Of a stretch of 45,431 nt of DNA, positions 9,610-17,494 are shown in pieces. The notes beneath the pieces are model-generated. The model did no database searches. It was not told the DNA's origin and was given only the letters and a program-made list of their open reading frames with translations. This stretch comes from Kiritimatiellia bacterium. Lineage in GTDB: Bacteria; Verrucomicrobiota; Kiritimatiellia; JAAZAB01. Each line of letters begins with the position of its first letter. Positions within the stretch are counted from its first letter, which is position 1. The stretch spans positions 1 through 45,431 of the forward strand of contig JAXGSX010000001.1 in assembly GCA_040775225.1 (NCBI GenBank), given 5' to 3'. The position numbers and the translations under genes are program-made.

Positions 9610-9636
9610 TTTATAAATTAGTATATACTATTTCAA
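9610..9636 (-). promoter_or_regulatory. Candidate sigma70-like promoter for the 6120-9557 gene
   Basis: The minus strand reads TTGAAA (9636-9631), a 15-nt spacer, then TATAAA (9615-9610). An alternative -10, TAAATG, has a 17-nt spacer. It lies in an AT-rich patch ~55-80 nt upstream of the GTG start. Confidence 0.35.
9619..9630. promoter_or_regulatory. Perfect 12-bp palindrome TAGTATATACTA, candidate GntR-family operator
   Basis: All six base pairs of the palindrome were checked. The core GTATATAC fits the general GntR operator pattern GT-N(x)-AC. It lies inside the spacer of the candidate promoter. A near-identical copy is found at 20504-20515. Confidence 0.45.
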
Positions 9637-9706
9637 TTAATCCGCAATATTTTTCCGCAGGCAGCACGAACCTTTTTTATTCCAGCGTTGCCGGGCGGGC
9701 GGCCGA

Positions 9707-11527
9707 CTAATGGATTGAAAGCACCGTGCCCGCGGGAACCACGGCTTGCGAAGCTTCGGCCGTGTTGCCGTAGGCGCCCAGGTTGAGCCGCCGGCCATTC
9801 GGACGCGGCTCGGCCGCAAAATCGGCCGCCGGCTCCCCGGCATCGATCCCCGGGCTATGGACGGCGTCCGCCGTCCAGCCCAGCGGCGTCCAGCGCCCGG
9901 CCCGGGACATGGGATGCACATCCAGGATCTCGTAACCATCGCCGATGTTGCCCGTCAATTTGTCGGCATTGCCCCACACCGCCAGGGCTGTGGGGCTGTT
10001 GGAAGCAATATAATACGCCGTCACGGCCGGATTGGTCACGTACATGAAGCGGCCGGCATGCTCGTCCACCGCCCAACTTTGGCCGGCATCCGTCAGGGTG
10101 CATTGGCCGGGCAGCGGCCCGGCGCTCAGCGCCGCCGTCCAGGTGCCGGAGCCGACGGCCGGCCAGAGGGGATCGTTAGTCAGGTGGCCCATGCCGAAGA
10201 CGACATCCGCGCCGTTAGGCTGATAATCGGCGGTGTTGGTGCTCAGCAACGTATAGGCAATGCTGACATTGGTGCTGTCCGACTGCAGAAACATTTCATT
10301 ACCCCGGCCAGCCGTGTTGCGGTCGCCCCAGAAAACGGAATTGCGCGCATCCAGGCGATCCAGATATGCCAGGGCATACAAGGCGCCGCCGTTTCCCGAG
10401 CCGGTGCTCCAGTTGCGGGTAAAAGTGCAGTTCTGTAAATAATTGGTTGAAGCCAGCGACAAGCCGCCGCCATTCACCCGCGCGTAATTACAGACGAAAA
10501 CGCATTGTTGCAACCGCAGGATTTGATTAATCGAGGCATGCGAGCGGGTACTAATCGCGCCGCCGTTAACATTTGTTGAGCGGTTTCCGACAAACACGCA
10601 TCGGACCAGCAAGTTGCTGCCGCCCTGAAAATACGCCCCGCCGCCCTGGCCGGCGCAATTATTATCGTTAAAAATGCAATCAACCGCGTACGTGCTGGAG
10701 TTGTTGTTATTGGCAAACCCGCCCGCATCCGCCACCGGCGTGCGGTTGCCGCTGAAAAGGCAGCGCGCCAAAACTCCCGTAGCGTAATTATTAAGGGCCA
10801 GGCCGCCGGCCATCGTCGCGCCGCCGTTGTTGAGGAATTGACAATCCGCGGCCTCGCAACTGATTCCGTAACGATCGGCATCGTCAACATTCATTCCGGC
10901 GCCGATGAAGTCGCACACATTTTCCCGGAACACGCAGTTGGTCAGGGCTATGCTTCCTGAACGGACATGCATCCCCCCGCCGCTGTTGCCGGCCAGGTTG
11001 GACACCACCAGGCAATTCGCCATGACGATATTCGTGGCGCGCAAATTGTACAAGCCGACGCCATCCGTGGTGTAATCGCCGTACCCCTCGGTGAAGGTCA
11101 AGCCGTCCAAGCGGACGCCATGCGCGGTGATATACAGCACCCGCTTGGAATTGTTCGTGGGCTCGGCATCCTGCTGGATTTCACCGCTCAAAACAGCCGG
11201 GTACGCATTCCAGTCGCGTTCGGTGAGCGCCGGCATACCGTTGGTGAATCCGCCGTAGATGGATACGTTCTGCACATTGGCGGTGAACGCCCGGTTGCGG
11301 TTGCCGTCATCCGCCGGGTAGTACCGGCCCTGCGCCAGCCAGATGCTGTCGCCGCTCGCGGCCGCAGCCAATCCCTGGGTCAACGTGGAAAAAGCGTTTC
11401 CCCAATCCGCGCCCGACTGCGCGCCGCCGGATATATCAGCGTCCACGTAAATCGTCGCCGCCGACCCCGCCGTAAATGCCAGGCATACCAGCAATCCGCC
11501 CGACCAGAGAACCAATTTGTTGTTCAT
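9707..11527 (-). CDS. Secreted right-handed parallel beta-helix repeat protein (pectate-lyase-fold / choice-of-anchor-Q-like)
   Basis: ATG start preceded by GGGGAGGTG. Signal peptide MNNKLVLWSGGLLVCLAFTAGSAA. The opening is typical of this fold (IYVDADISGG..GADWGNAFSTLTQGLAAAASGDSIWLAQGRYYP). The body has many N/G-rich repeats of ~22-25 aa (CxFxxN..GGG). The C-terminal motif is SPGIDAG...LNLGAYGN. Confidence 0.7.
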   Translation of the reverse strand: MNNKLVLWSGGLLVCLAFTAGSAATIYVDADISGGAQSGADWGNAFSTLTQGLAAAASGDSIWLAQGRYYPADDGNRNRAFTANVQNVSIYGGFTNGMPALTERDWNAYPAVLSGEIQQDAEPTNNSKRVLYITAHGVRLDGLTFTEGYGDYTTDGVGLYNLRATNIVMANCLVVSNLAGNSGGGMHVRSGSIALTNCVFRENVCDFIGAGMNVDDADRYGISCEAADCQFLNNGGATMAGGLALNNYATGVLARCLFSGNRTPVADAGGFANNNNSSTYAVDCIFNDNNCAGQGGGAYFQGGSNLLVRCVFVGNRSTNVNGGAISTRSHASINQILRLQQCVFVCNYARVNGGGLSLASTNYLQNCTFTRNWSTGSGNGGALYALAYLDRLDARNSVFWGDRNTAGRGNEMFLQSDSTNVSIAYTLLSTNTADYQPNGADVVFGMGHLTNDPLWPAVGSGTWTAALSAGPLPGQCTLTDAGQSWAVDEHAGRFMYVTNPAVTAYYIASNSPTALAVWGNADKLTGNIGDGYEILDVHPMSRAGRWTPLGWTADAVHSPGIDAGEPAADFAAEPRPNGRRLNLGAYGNTAEASQAVVPAGTVLSIH

Positions 11528-11635
11528 GCCACCTCCCCGGAGTTAAACAAAATTACAACTTACTTCACCCAGCGCCGCGTCTTGACTTCATCGGCCGCCC
11601 TGCGGCCGGGATGCAACACAATTCATATTGTGATA

Positions 11636-11663
11636 ATCTTACAGTCCCTGCCGTAAATGTAAA
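11636..11663 (-). promoter_or_regulatory. Candidate promoter for the beta-helix gene
   Basis: The minus strand reads TTTACA (11663-11658), a 16-nt spacer, then TAAGAT (11641-11636). It lies within the 354-bp lower-GC intergenic region. Confidence 0.25.
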
Positions 11664-11881
11664 TTTGATTATTGCGGAACCGCCAACGTTCCGCGATCAA
11701 GCAACCGGCATTCGACCAAACTATAATGTGCGAGGCCATACCGGATTTCGCGGCAATTTGATCCGCGGCCGCGGGGCCTTGCCCCGTCCGCGAGACGGCG
11801 ATTGCCAGACAACCGGCATCAGCATAAAACCCGGCGGGTGGGCGTTCCCTGGACAGCGGATCGCGCACCATGCCGGTATTC

Positions 11882-14422
11882 TCATGGTTTCATTTTAACG
11901 TCCAATATCCGGACTGCTCCCGGCGGAATTAGCAGGCTGACAACGACGCGGTTCTGAACGGCTGCAACCCTCAACGGCTTGCCCTGGAGAATTTCCTCCG
12001 CGGAGGTTCCCGCCGGAGCGGTCAAAGCCACATCGGCGGTATACCGCAGGTCGTAAGTCACGGCGCCGTTGGCCGGCTTGATCACACCCTTGTTGTTGTG
12101 CAACACCACCTTCCAGTGCAGCGGTGCGATCTTGTTCATCAAAAACTGCACATCGCCGGCAATCTGCACCGGCAGGACTTCCCGCTGCAAATCCACCAGT
12201 AATTCCTCAATCAGCGGGTGGGCGGTTTCCTTTTCCCGCAGCAGCATGAAATACGGCGTAGTGACCAGCACATGGCCCTTGCCGTAAACATTTTTAGTCA
12301 GCAACGGCAAGCTTGAATCGGGCGTTGATTTAACCGTTTGCGCGCCGGCCGGCTTTACCTGCATGATTTCATGCACATCCCTTTTCCAGGCTGCCATGTT
12401 GGGAATGTCGCTGACGCTCCACTGGATTTTTTCCGGAATGCGGTTGGTTTCTACCGTCAAACCCAGAAATTCCGGATCAGCCAGCAAGCCATGGCACTGG
12501 GCGGCATTGACGACCAGGGTTCCGCCATTCCGCACGTAACCCTTCAGGTTGGCAATCAGTTTTTCATTGTAATTGACAATCCCGAGCAAAAACACGACGG
12601 GATATTTTGCCAGATGTTCGGACTTGACGGCGCCGCTATGCTGGGGCGGATTGGCAAAAAAAATGTCGCAGATATCGCCGACCATGGAATTGCGGATATT
12701 CGGACTGTAAGGCGGGATAAAATCGTAATGCTGGCTATGCACCGGGTCGTTAGGCACGCGGATGAACTTGTCCACCGTGCGCATGAAGTGCTCGTGCATG
12801 TAATCGCCGTCGTCAAACGGCAGATGGTTCCAGGTTTTCAAGTCATACAGCTCTCCGCCCCATCCATGCCGGCCGGTGTGTCCGTGATTATAATCGGCCA
12901 GGAACAGGAAAGGGGTATAACTCTCGCCGCGCGCGCCTTCCGGGCTTGCATGCCAATTGTAGAGTTCCGCATAGGCTCCCGCGTAGCCTCGACGATCCAG
13001 GGCCAAGGCGCCGGATTCGTCAAAATCCAGCATTGCCAGCGCCGCCCCTTCCAGTTGATGGCCGTTGGCGCCCATGTAGTAGCTGGTGAACATTTCACGG
13101 CGCAATTGGCCGGGCGCCTTGCCGTAAAGGGTGCCCGGCATGGGATGTTCGCCGCCCCAGATGCATGACTGGTAATGAATCCAGGGGATATTGCCGAATT
13201 GCCTGGCGCCGCCGCGCAACGCCATCAGCATGGATCGCACCGGCAATACCTGCGTGATTCCGGAAGTCTGCAAAAGCGTGGTTTTCGCGCCGAAAGCCGG
13301 CCCATACTGGACCGTGGAAATCCCGCCGCTGTGCGCCAGCACTTGGTCAAACAGCAGCGCTTTCTGCATCTTAAAATATTCTTCCCAGGCGGCTAAAGCC
13401 TCATCCTTGCTCGTGTAGCCGGTCAGGGTCTTGGGCGCCAACCCGGCCGTCCTGGGATTGCTTATAATTCCCCTTATATTGCTGTCCCACTCCGGAATAT
13501 CAAAACCCCAGAAGGTATCCGCGTAATCCTTCAGGAACTTTTCGAACCCGGGCAGATCAAAATTCTCCGCCGTCAATGAAAACACGTCGCCGCGGTTGGC
13601 GCGGATCATGCCGCTGACGTAAAACGCATGTGTTTTAAGGTGTTCCGGATCTGGCAGGTATTGTTCGTTAAAACGCATCAGATAAGGCCAGCCGCTGAAC
13701 TCAAACCGGAGTTCTGGCGTGTTTAAAGGTTTGCCGGGAATGATTTCCAGTTGGCGTTCCGACAACACATTGATTTTGCAGGCCACATCCGCCCACCGGC
13801 CGTCGGCCCCGGTTTGCATGGCAACCTTGCGGATTCTGCCCGCGTCCTGAAACGCGCCGTGTTCCACCACCACTCTGGCTACCTGATCCGGCGCGGCCAG
13901 CTTGCAAATCAATACGCCTTGCTGCGCGGCAAACCGGGTGCGAGCGTCATCGCGGGGCCCGCGGATATGGAACGTGGTCCAATCGTCATTATCGTTTAAA
14001 GCCTTGAGATTGAAGGCCTTCTCGACCGCTTCGGATTCCACTGCCGCAAAAGCGGCAGACGGCGCCAGGTTGGCGCCGGCATCATTAAATATCTGCATTT
14101 CCCTGATTGCCAGAGTGCGCAACACGCCGTTATGCTTGGTCACCGGCATCATCCCGCCAATGCCTTTTGATACAATACGATGCATCGCGCGTCCGCCATG
14201 CCTGTAAAAGTCAACCTTCACGATGTCAGGCCATTTCATTTCCAGGTCTTCGGGGAAAAACTGCCAGTAATCGCGTCCGGTTGCCTCCCGGATTTCCCAG
14301 CCTTTACCTTTGATCGCCCGATGCGGATCGGCGACAAGATTTTGTTCTGCCGCCGCCAAACCGCTGGCGGTCAGAAAAATCAACAACATAACCATTGATT
14401 TGTTTTGCGTCATAAAATCCAT
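11882..14422 (-). CDS. Secreted large protein of unrecognised family, paralog of 2667-5138
   Basis: The ORF track start at 14458 is GTG and overlaps the upstream LamG gene. ATG 14422 gives MDFMTQNKSMVMLLIFLTASGLAAAEQ, a signal peptide. ATG 14413 is also possible. It shares the collinear conserved blocks listed for 2667-5138. Confidence 0.75.
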   Translation of the reverse strand: MDFMTQNKSMVMLLIFLTASGLAAAEQNLVADPHRAIKGKGWEIREATGRDYWQFFPEDLEMKWPDIVKVDFYRHGGRAMHRIVSKGIGGMMPVTKHNGVLRTLAIREMQIFNDAGANLAPSAAFAAVESEAVEKAFNLKALNDNDDWTTFHIRGPRDDARTRFAAQQGVLICKLAAPDQVARVVVEHGAFQDAGRIRKVAMQTGADGRWADVACKINVLSERQLEIIPGKPLNTPELRFEFSGWPYLMRFNEQYLPDPEHLKTHAFYVSGMIRANRGDVFSLTAENFDLPGFEKFLKDYADTFWGFDIPEWDSNIRGIISNPRTAGLAPKTLTGYTSKDEALAAWEEYFKMQKALLFDQVLAHSGGISTVQYGPAFGAKTTLLQTSGITQVLPVRSMLMALRGGARQFGNIPWIHYQSCIWGGEHPMPGTLYGKAPGQLRREMFTSYYMGANGHQLEGAALAMLDFDESGALALDRRGYAGAYAELYNWHASPEGARGESYTPFLFLADYNHGHTGRHGWGGELYDLKTWNHLPFDDGDYMHEHFMRTVDKFIRVPNDPVHSQHYDFIPPYSPNIRNSMVGDICDIFFANPPQHSGAVKSEHLAKYPVVFLLGIVNYNEKLIANLKGYVRNGGTLVVNAAQCHGLLADPEFLGLTVETNRIPEKIQWSVSDIPNMAAWKRDVHEIMQVKPAGAQTVKSTPDSSLPLLTKNVYGKGHVLVTTPYFMLLREKETAHPLIEELLVDLQREVLPVQIAGDVQFLMNKIAPLHWKVVLHNNKGVIKPANGAVTYDLRYTADVALTAPAGTSAEEILQGKPLRVAAVQNRVVVSLLIPPGAVRILDVKMKP

Positions 14423-14439
14423 TCCGGCCTGCTGGCAAA

Positions 14440-15213
14440 TCACTCTCCGGCAATACACAGTTTGTCAAGTCCGTCCCGATATTCCTCCATCACTTCCGTT
14501 TCCGCCAGCGGCTTGGAATATACCTTTAATTCATCCAGATAGCCCCTTAACCGGCCAGTTTTGTCCCAGGGATACGCCAGCCCGACCCTGAACGGCGCCT
14601 TGCCCTGGGGCGGATCAATGGGATTGATCAGCACCTCGCCGCCGGGCTGGCGGATCAATTCCCCGTTGACATACAGGCGCGCGATAGCGCCATCCCAGGT
14701 TCCCGCCACGTGCGTCCACTTGCCGCGGGCCGGCTTTGGCCCCAACAAACGAGAAACAAGCTTCATGGCGCTGTCCGAAACATTGAATTGGATATGATTG
14801 GTCTGGATGATGAAAGTGGCGTAAAATATGCAGCCGAAATCGCGATCCCCCGTCACATATCCCTCATCCACCAGGTTAATCCAGAAGGATACCGTCATAT
14901 GATTGTAAAGATATGAACCATCCTCCATTGCCAGTCCGAATGGACGATGGCTCGCGAGTTGCAGGTAGACGGGGTCCTTGTTCTCTGCATTGTCGAACAA
15001 AAGGCAGAACCCGGAGGAATTCTTCACCCATTTTGGCCCGCCATGCGCCTGCATGTCGCCAAACCAGCCGACTTTGTCATGCACAACATCGCCGCGTCCC
15101 TCGTTGAAATCCCAATGCGCCGCCAGCCCCGCCGGCGGAAACTTTTCTCCCGGATAAGCCAGGATGGCCGACAATCCAATCCCCGCGCACAGACCAATTA
15201 TTGTATTCCGCAT
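14440..15213 (-). CDS. LamG / concanavalin-A-like lectin domain protein, secreted or anchored
   Basis: The track start at 15240 is TTG. ATG 15213 is preceded by GGAGGAG and gives the signal peptide MRNTIIGLCAGIGLSAILA. The LamG opening motif LAAHWDFNEGRGDVVHD is present. Confidence 0.65.
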   Translation of the reverse strand: MRNTIIGLCAGIGLSAILAYPGEKFPPAGLAAHWDFNEGRGDVVHDKVGWFGDMQAHGGPKWVKNSSGFCLLFDNAENKDPVYLQLASHRPFGLAMEDGSYLYNHMTVSFWINLVDEGYVTGDRDFGCIFYATFIIQTNHIQFNVSDSAMKLVSRLLGPKPARGKWTHVAGTWDGAIARLYVNGELIRQPGGEVLINPIDPPQGKAPFRVGLAYPWDKTGRLRGYLDELKVYSKPLAETEVMEEYRDGLDKLCIAGE

Positions 15214-15272
15214 AGCTCCTCCGCCGATAATAACTATCAATCCCCAGCGCCATTTTGCCGCGCCGGTTTTCT

Positions 15273-16421
15273 TTACATAGCCAGCAAAACCTCTGACATC
15301 ACCCGGACATTTTCTGCCGGGGTCCCCGGCAAAATGGCATTCCCCGGTCCATGCACATAACGGCGTCCGGCGCTTTCCGCCAGCACCCGCGCGCAGTAAT
15401 CCCGCACCTGCCCGGCCGATTGCCGGAGCAGCACATCCGAACTGACATTGCCGAAAATATTCAAGTCAGGATAACGCGCATGCAGCTTGCCGACTTCCAT
15501 GCCGGCGTCGCGATCCACTTCGCCGTAATCGGCAAAACCCGCCTCCTGGAACAGCAAGTCCGTCACTTTCCACAGATTGCCGTCCGTGCGCCAGATGTAA
15601 TGCAGGTTCAATTTCCGGCAATGCGCCGCCAGTTTTTTCACGCGCGGCAGCATCAACTCGCGGAATATTGCGGGAGAATACATCGGCCCGTTCTTGTCGG
15701 CCATGTCGCCGCCGCCGGTGGCAATGCTAAAGCCGTTGGCGGCCAGGACATCCAAAGTCGCCAGCGACAATTCCAACTGGCAATCCAGGATGTCGGCCAC
15801 CGCGGCCGGCTCCAGCATGCTGGCCATCAGGGACGCCTCGTCCACGCCGACGGCGATACCGCCGCCGCGCGCGGCGTAGGCGAATTGACCGGCCGCCATG
15901 TTCCAGAAGGCGATTTCATCCGCCGCGTTTTTTTCGCGGATCAGGGCCAGCCGTTGCGGCAAATCCGCCTGCAGGCGCCGGGCCCGCGCCGGCCAGTCTT
16001 CCACTGTCGCCGGCGGCCTGGTGTTTTCGATTTCCACCAGCCAGAGCGCTTGCGGGTCCCATTGCCAGACTTCATGCGTACCGCCGGGATGCTCGAACAC
16101 GAAGGTATATTCATCCAATTGCCGGCTGGGCCGTCGTCCGCCCAGGTTGCGCATCGGCAGGCGGATCACATCCCATTGCAATTCCCGGTGGATGGCGATC
16201 AAATCCTCGAACATTTTTTGTTCGAACTCGGCATGGGCGGCCTTGCCCTGCATCCATGCCCGGCATTCCGCAAAAGCCAGGGAATGGTAGCCCGTATGCA
16301 CCGGCCGGCCCAGGATGGCGGACGCGACGTCACAAGCGATCGTGGGGCAGTACAGCGGAAGGCGATCCGCCGGCTTGCCTTCCAACACTGCCATTACCCG
16401 TTCTTCTGAATTCCAATGCAT
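15273..16421 (-). CDS. Uroporphyrinogen decarboxylase (URO-D) family protein (MtaA/CmuA-like fold)
   Basis: The N-terminal EERVMAVLEGKPADRLP and the C-terminal ..NIFGNVSSDVLLRQSAGQVRDYCARVLAES..RYVHGPGNAILPGTPAENVRVM are typical of URO-D-family TIM barrels. The track start at 16451 is TTG. ATG 16421 or 16394 is more likely. Confidence 0.6.
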   Translation of the reverse strand: MHWNSEERVMAVLEGKPADRLPLYCPTIACDVASAILGRPVHTGYHSLAFAECRAWMQGKAAHAEFEQKMFEDLIAIHRELQWDVIRLPMRNLGGRRPSRQLDEYTFVFEHPGGTHEVWQWDPQALWLVEIENTRPPATVEDWPARARRLQADLPQRLALIREKNAADEIAFWNMAAGQFAYAARGGGIAVGVDEASLMASMLEPAAVADILDCQLELSLATLDVLAANGFSIATGGGDMADKNGPMYSPAIFRELMLPRVKKLAAHCRKLNLHYIWRTDGNLWKVTDLLFQEAGFADYGEVDRDAGMEVGKLHARYPDLNIFGNVSSDVLLRQSAGQVRDYCARVLAESAGRRYVHGPGNAILPGTPAENVRVMSEVLLAM

Positions 16422-16489
16422 TATGTGATACCTGAAATTTGCACCGCACAAGTTTGGCGCAGTGCGCGGCGCGTGGTCGGCGAAGCAAA

Positions 16490-17494
16490 TTACCCGCCGC
16501 TGATCCCCTTTTGTCCGCCGTCGCGCGCGGCTTCCGCCGCGCGGACGGCGCGTAAACCATCCTGCAAATCCGGGGCGGCGGCCGAGCCGGAACGCAGCAT
16601 TTCCAGAAAAGCCGCGGTTTCGCCCAGTGTGCCGGTCTTTTCATAAAACGGCATGTCAACCGGCGCATGCCATTCCAGGCTGATTTTTTTACTTTCCCAG
16701 ATCGTCAGCTTTCCTTGCTCCACATCCAGCCGCACATGATAATTTTGGCCGAACACCTCATAAGATTCTTCATAATTGCCGGCGTCGAAGCCCATAACGC
16801 AAAATCCAACCGCGCCGTTATCGAATTCCAGGCGCACGCCGGCATTATTCATCCTTTCCGGTGCGCGGTTGGAAGTCACCGCCATCACTCGCGCCGGCGC
16901 CGCGAGCGACATGACCGTGTCATAAACATGAATTCCGGTGGAATACATGTTTTCCGGCTCCACGCGGTGGTTGCGGACAATGCGCCCCAGAATCAACTCA
17001 GGCGGACGCTTTTCCCTCACGCCGGCCAGCCAGTTTTGCGACCGGGTCATGGCCGGGCCGAACCGCCGGTTGAACGACACCATGTTTTTCACGCCGCGGC
17101 GTTCGGCAATCTCCGCCAGGGCGGCGGTTTCAGCGACCGACCAGCCCGGCGGCTTTTCGATCAGGGCGTTGAATCCGCGTTCCATGACGTCGCCGCCTAC
17201 CCGCCGCAGCAGTTTTGGCCCGACAATCACCATCACCCCGTCCGGTTTTTCTTTCTCCAGCATGCTGGCATAATCGCTGTAAGTGCGGGCAAACCCGAAA
17301 TCCGCGGCGTATTTTGACGCGCGCGCGGCGTCCAGGTCGCAGACCGCCGCCAGTTGCAGCTCGTTCGGCCGTTCACTCCGGATACGCGCGAGCGCCTGGC
17401 CGTGAAACTGGGAATGCCCGCCCGCTCCGATCACGCAGATGCGCAAGGGGCGCTGCATGTCATGCTGGTCTGTTGTGCTTTTAATGGTATTCAT
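16490..17494 (-). CDS. Gfo/Idh/MocA family NAD(P)-dependent oxidoreductase
   Basis: The N-terminal Rossmann motif LRICVIGAGGHSQFHG, a size of 334 aa and overall layout typical of the family support the call. Its ATG overlaps the stop of the upstream SGNH gene (ATGA at 17491-17494). Confidence 0.75.
   Translation of the reverse strand: MNTIKSTTDQHDMQRPLRICVIGAGGHSQFHGQALARIRSERPNELQLAAVCDLDAARASKYAADFGFARTYSDYASMLEKEKPDGVMVIVGPKLLRRVGGDVMERGFNALIEKPPGWSVAETAALAEIAERRGVKNMVSFNRRFGPAMTRSQNWLAGVREKRPPELILGRIVRNHRVEPENMYSTGIHVYDTVMSLAAPARVMAVTSNRAPERMNNAGVRLEFDNGAVGFCVMGFDAGNYEESYEVFGQNYHVRLDVEQGKLTIWESKKISLEWHAPVDMPFYEKTGTLGETAAFLEMLRSGSAAAPDLQDGLRAVRAAEAARDGGQKGISGG

Noticed and set aside
9707-9740. 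Shared C-terminal residues of secreted proteins (PAGTVLSIH, AAGTVFHVR, PAGEIRVVEF, PPGAVRILDV) considered as a sorting signal
   Set aside because: The motifs are short and resemble ordinary terminal beta-strands of beta-sandwich or beta-helix domains. They have no hydrophobic anchor or basic tail as in PEP-CTERM or LPXTG-type signals.
11674-11786. Two short hairpins (GCGGAAC/GTTCCGC at 11674-11694; CGGGGC/GCCCCG at 11772-11786) considered as terminators of the 11882-14422 gene
   Set aside because: Neither is followed by a U-run on the minus strand. Their function is unsupported.
11623-11871. 82-aa minus-strand ORF in the 354-bp intergenic region
   Set aside because: It is on the same strand as the flanking genes, but its 3' half is coded by the AT-rich promoter-like region. 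It has no SD and no recognisable motif or hydrophobic segment. It is most likely non-coding, though I cannot exclude a small protein.
12338-13168. 276-aa plus-strand ORF
   Set aside because: It is antisense to the 11882-14422 gene, whose product has a paralog in the window. It is a shadow ORF.
15351-16409. 352-aa plus-strand ORF
   Set aside because: It is antisense to the URO-D-family gene. The minus-strand product has family-typical N- and C-terminal blocks and the plus-strand product has none.
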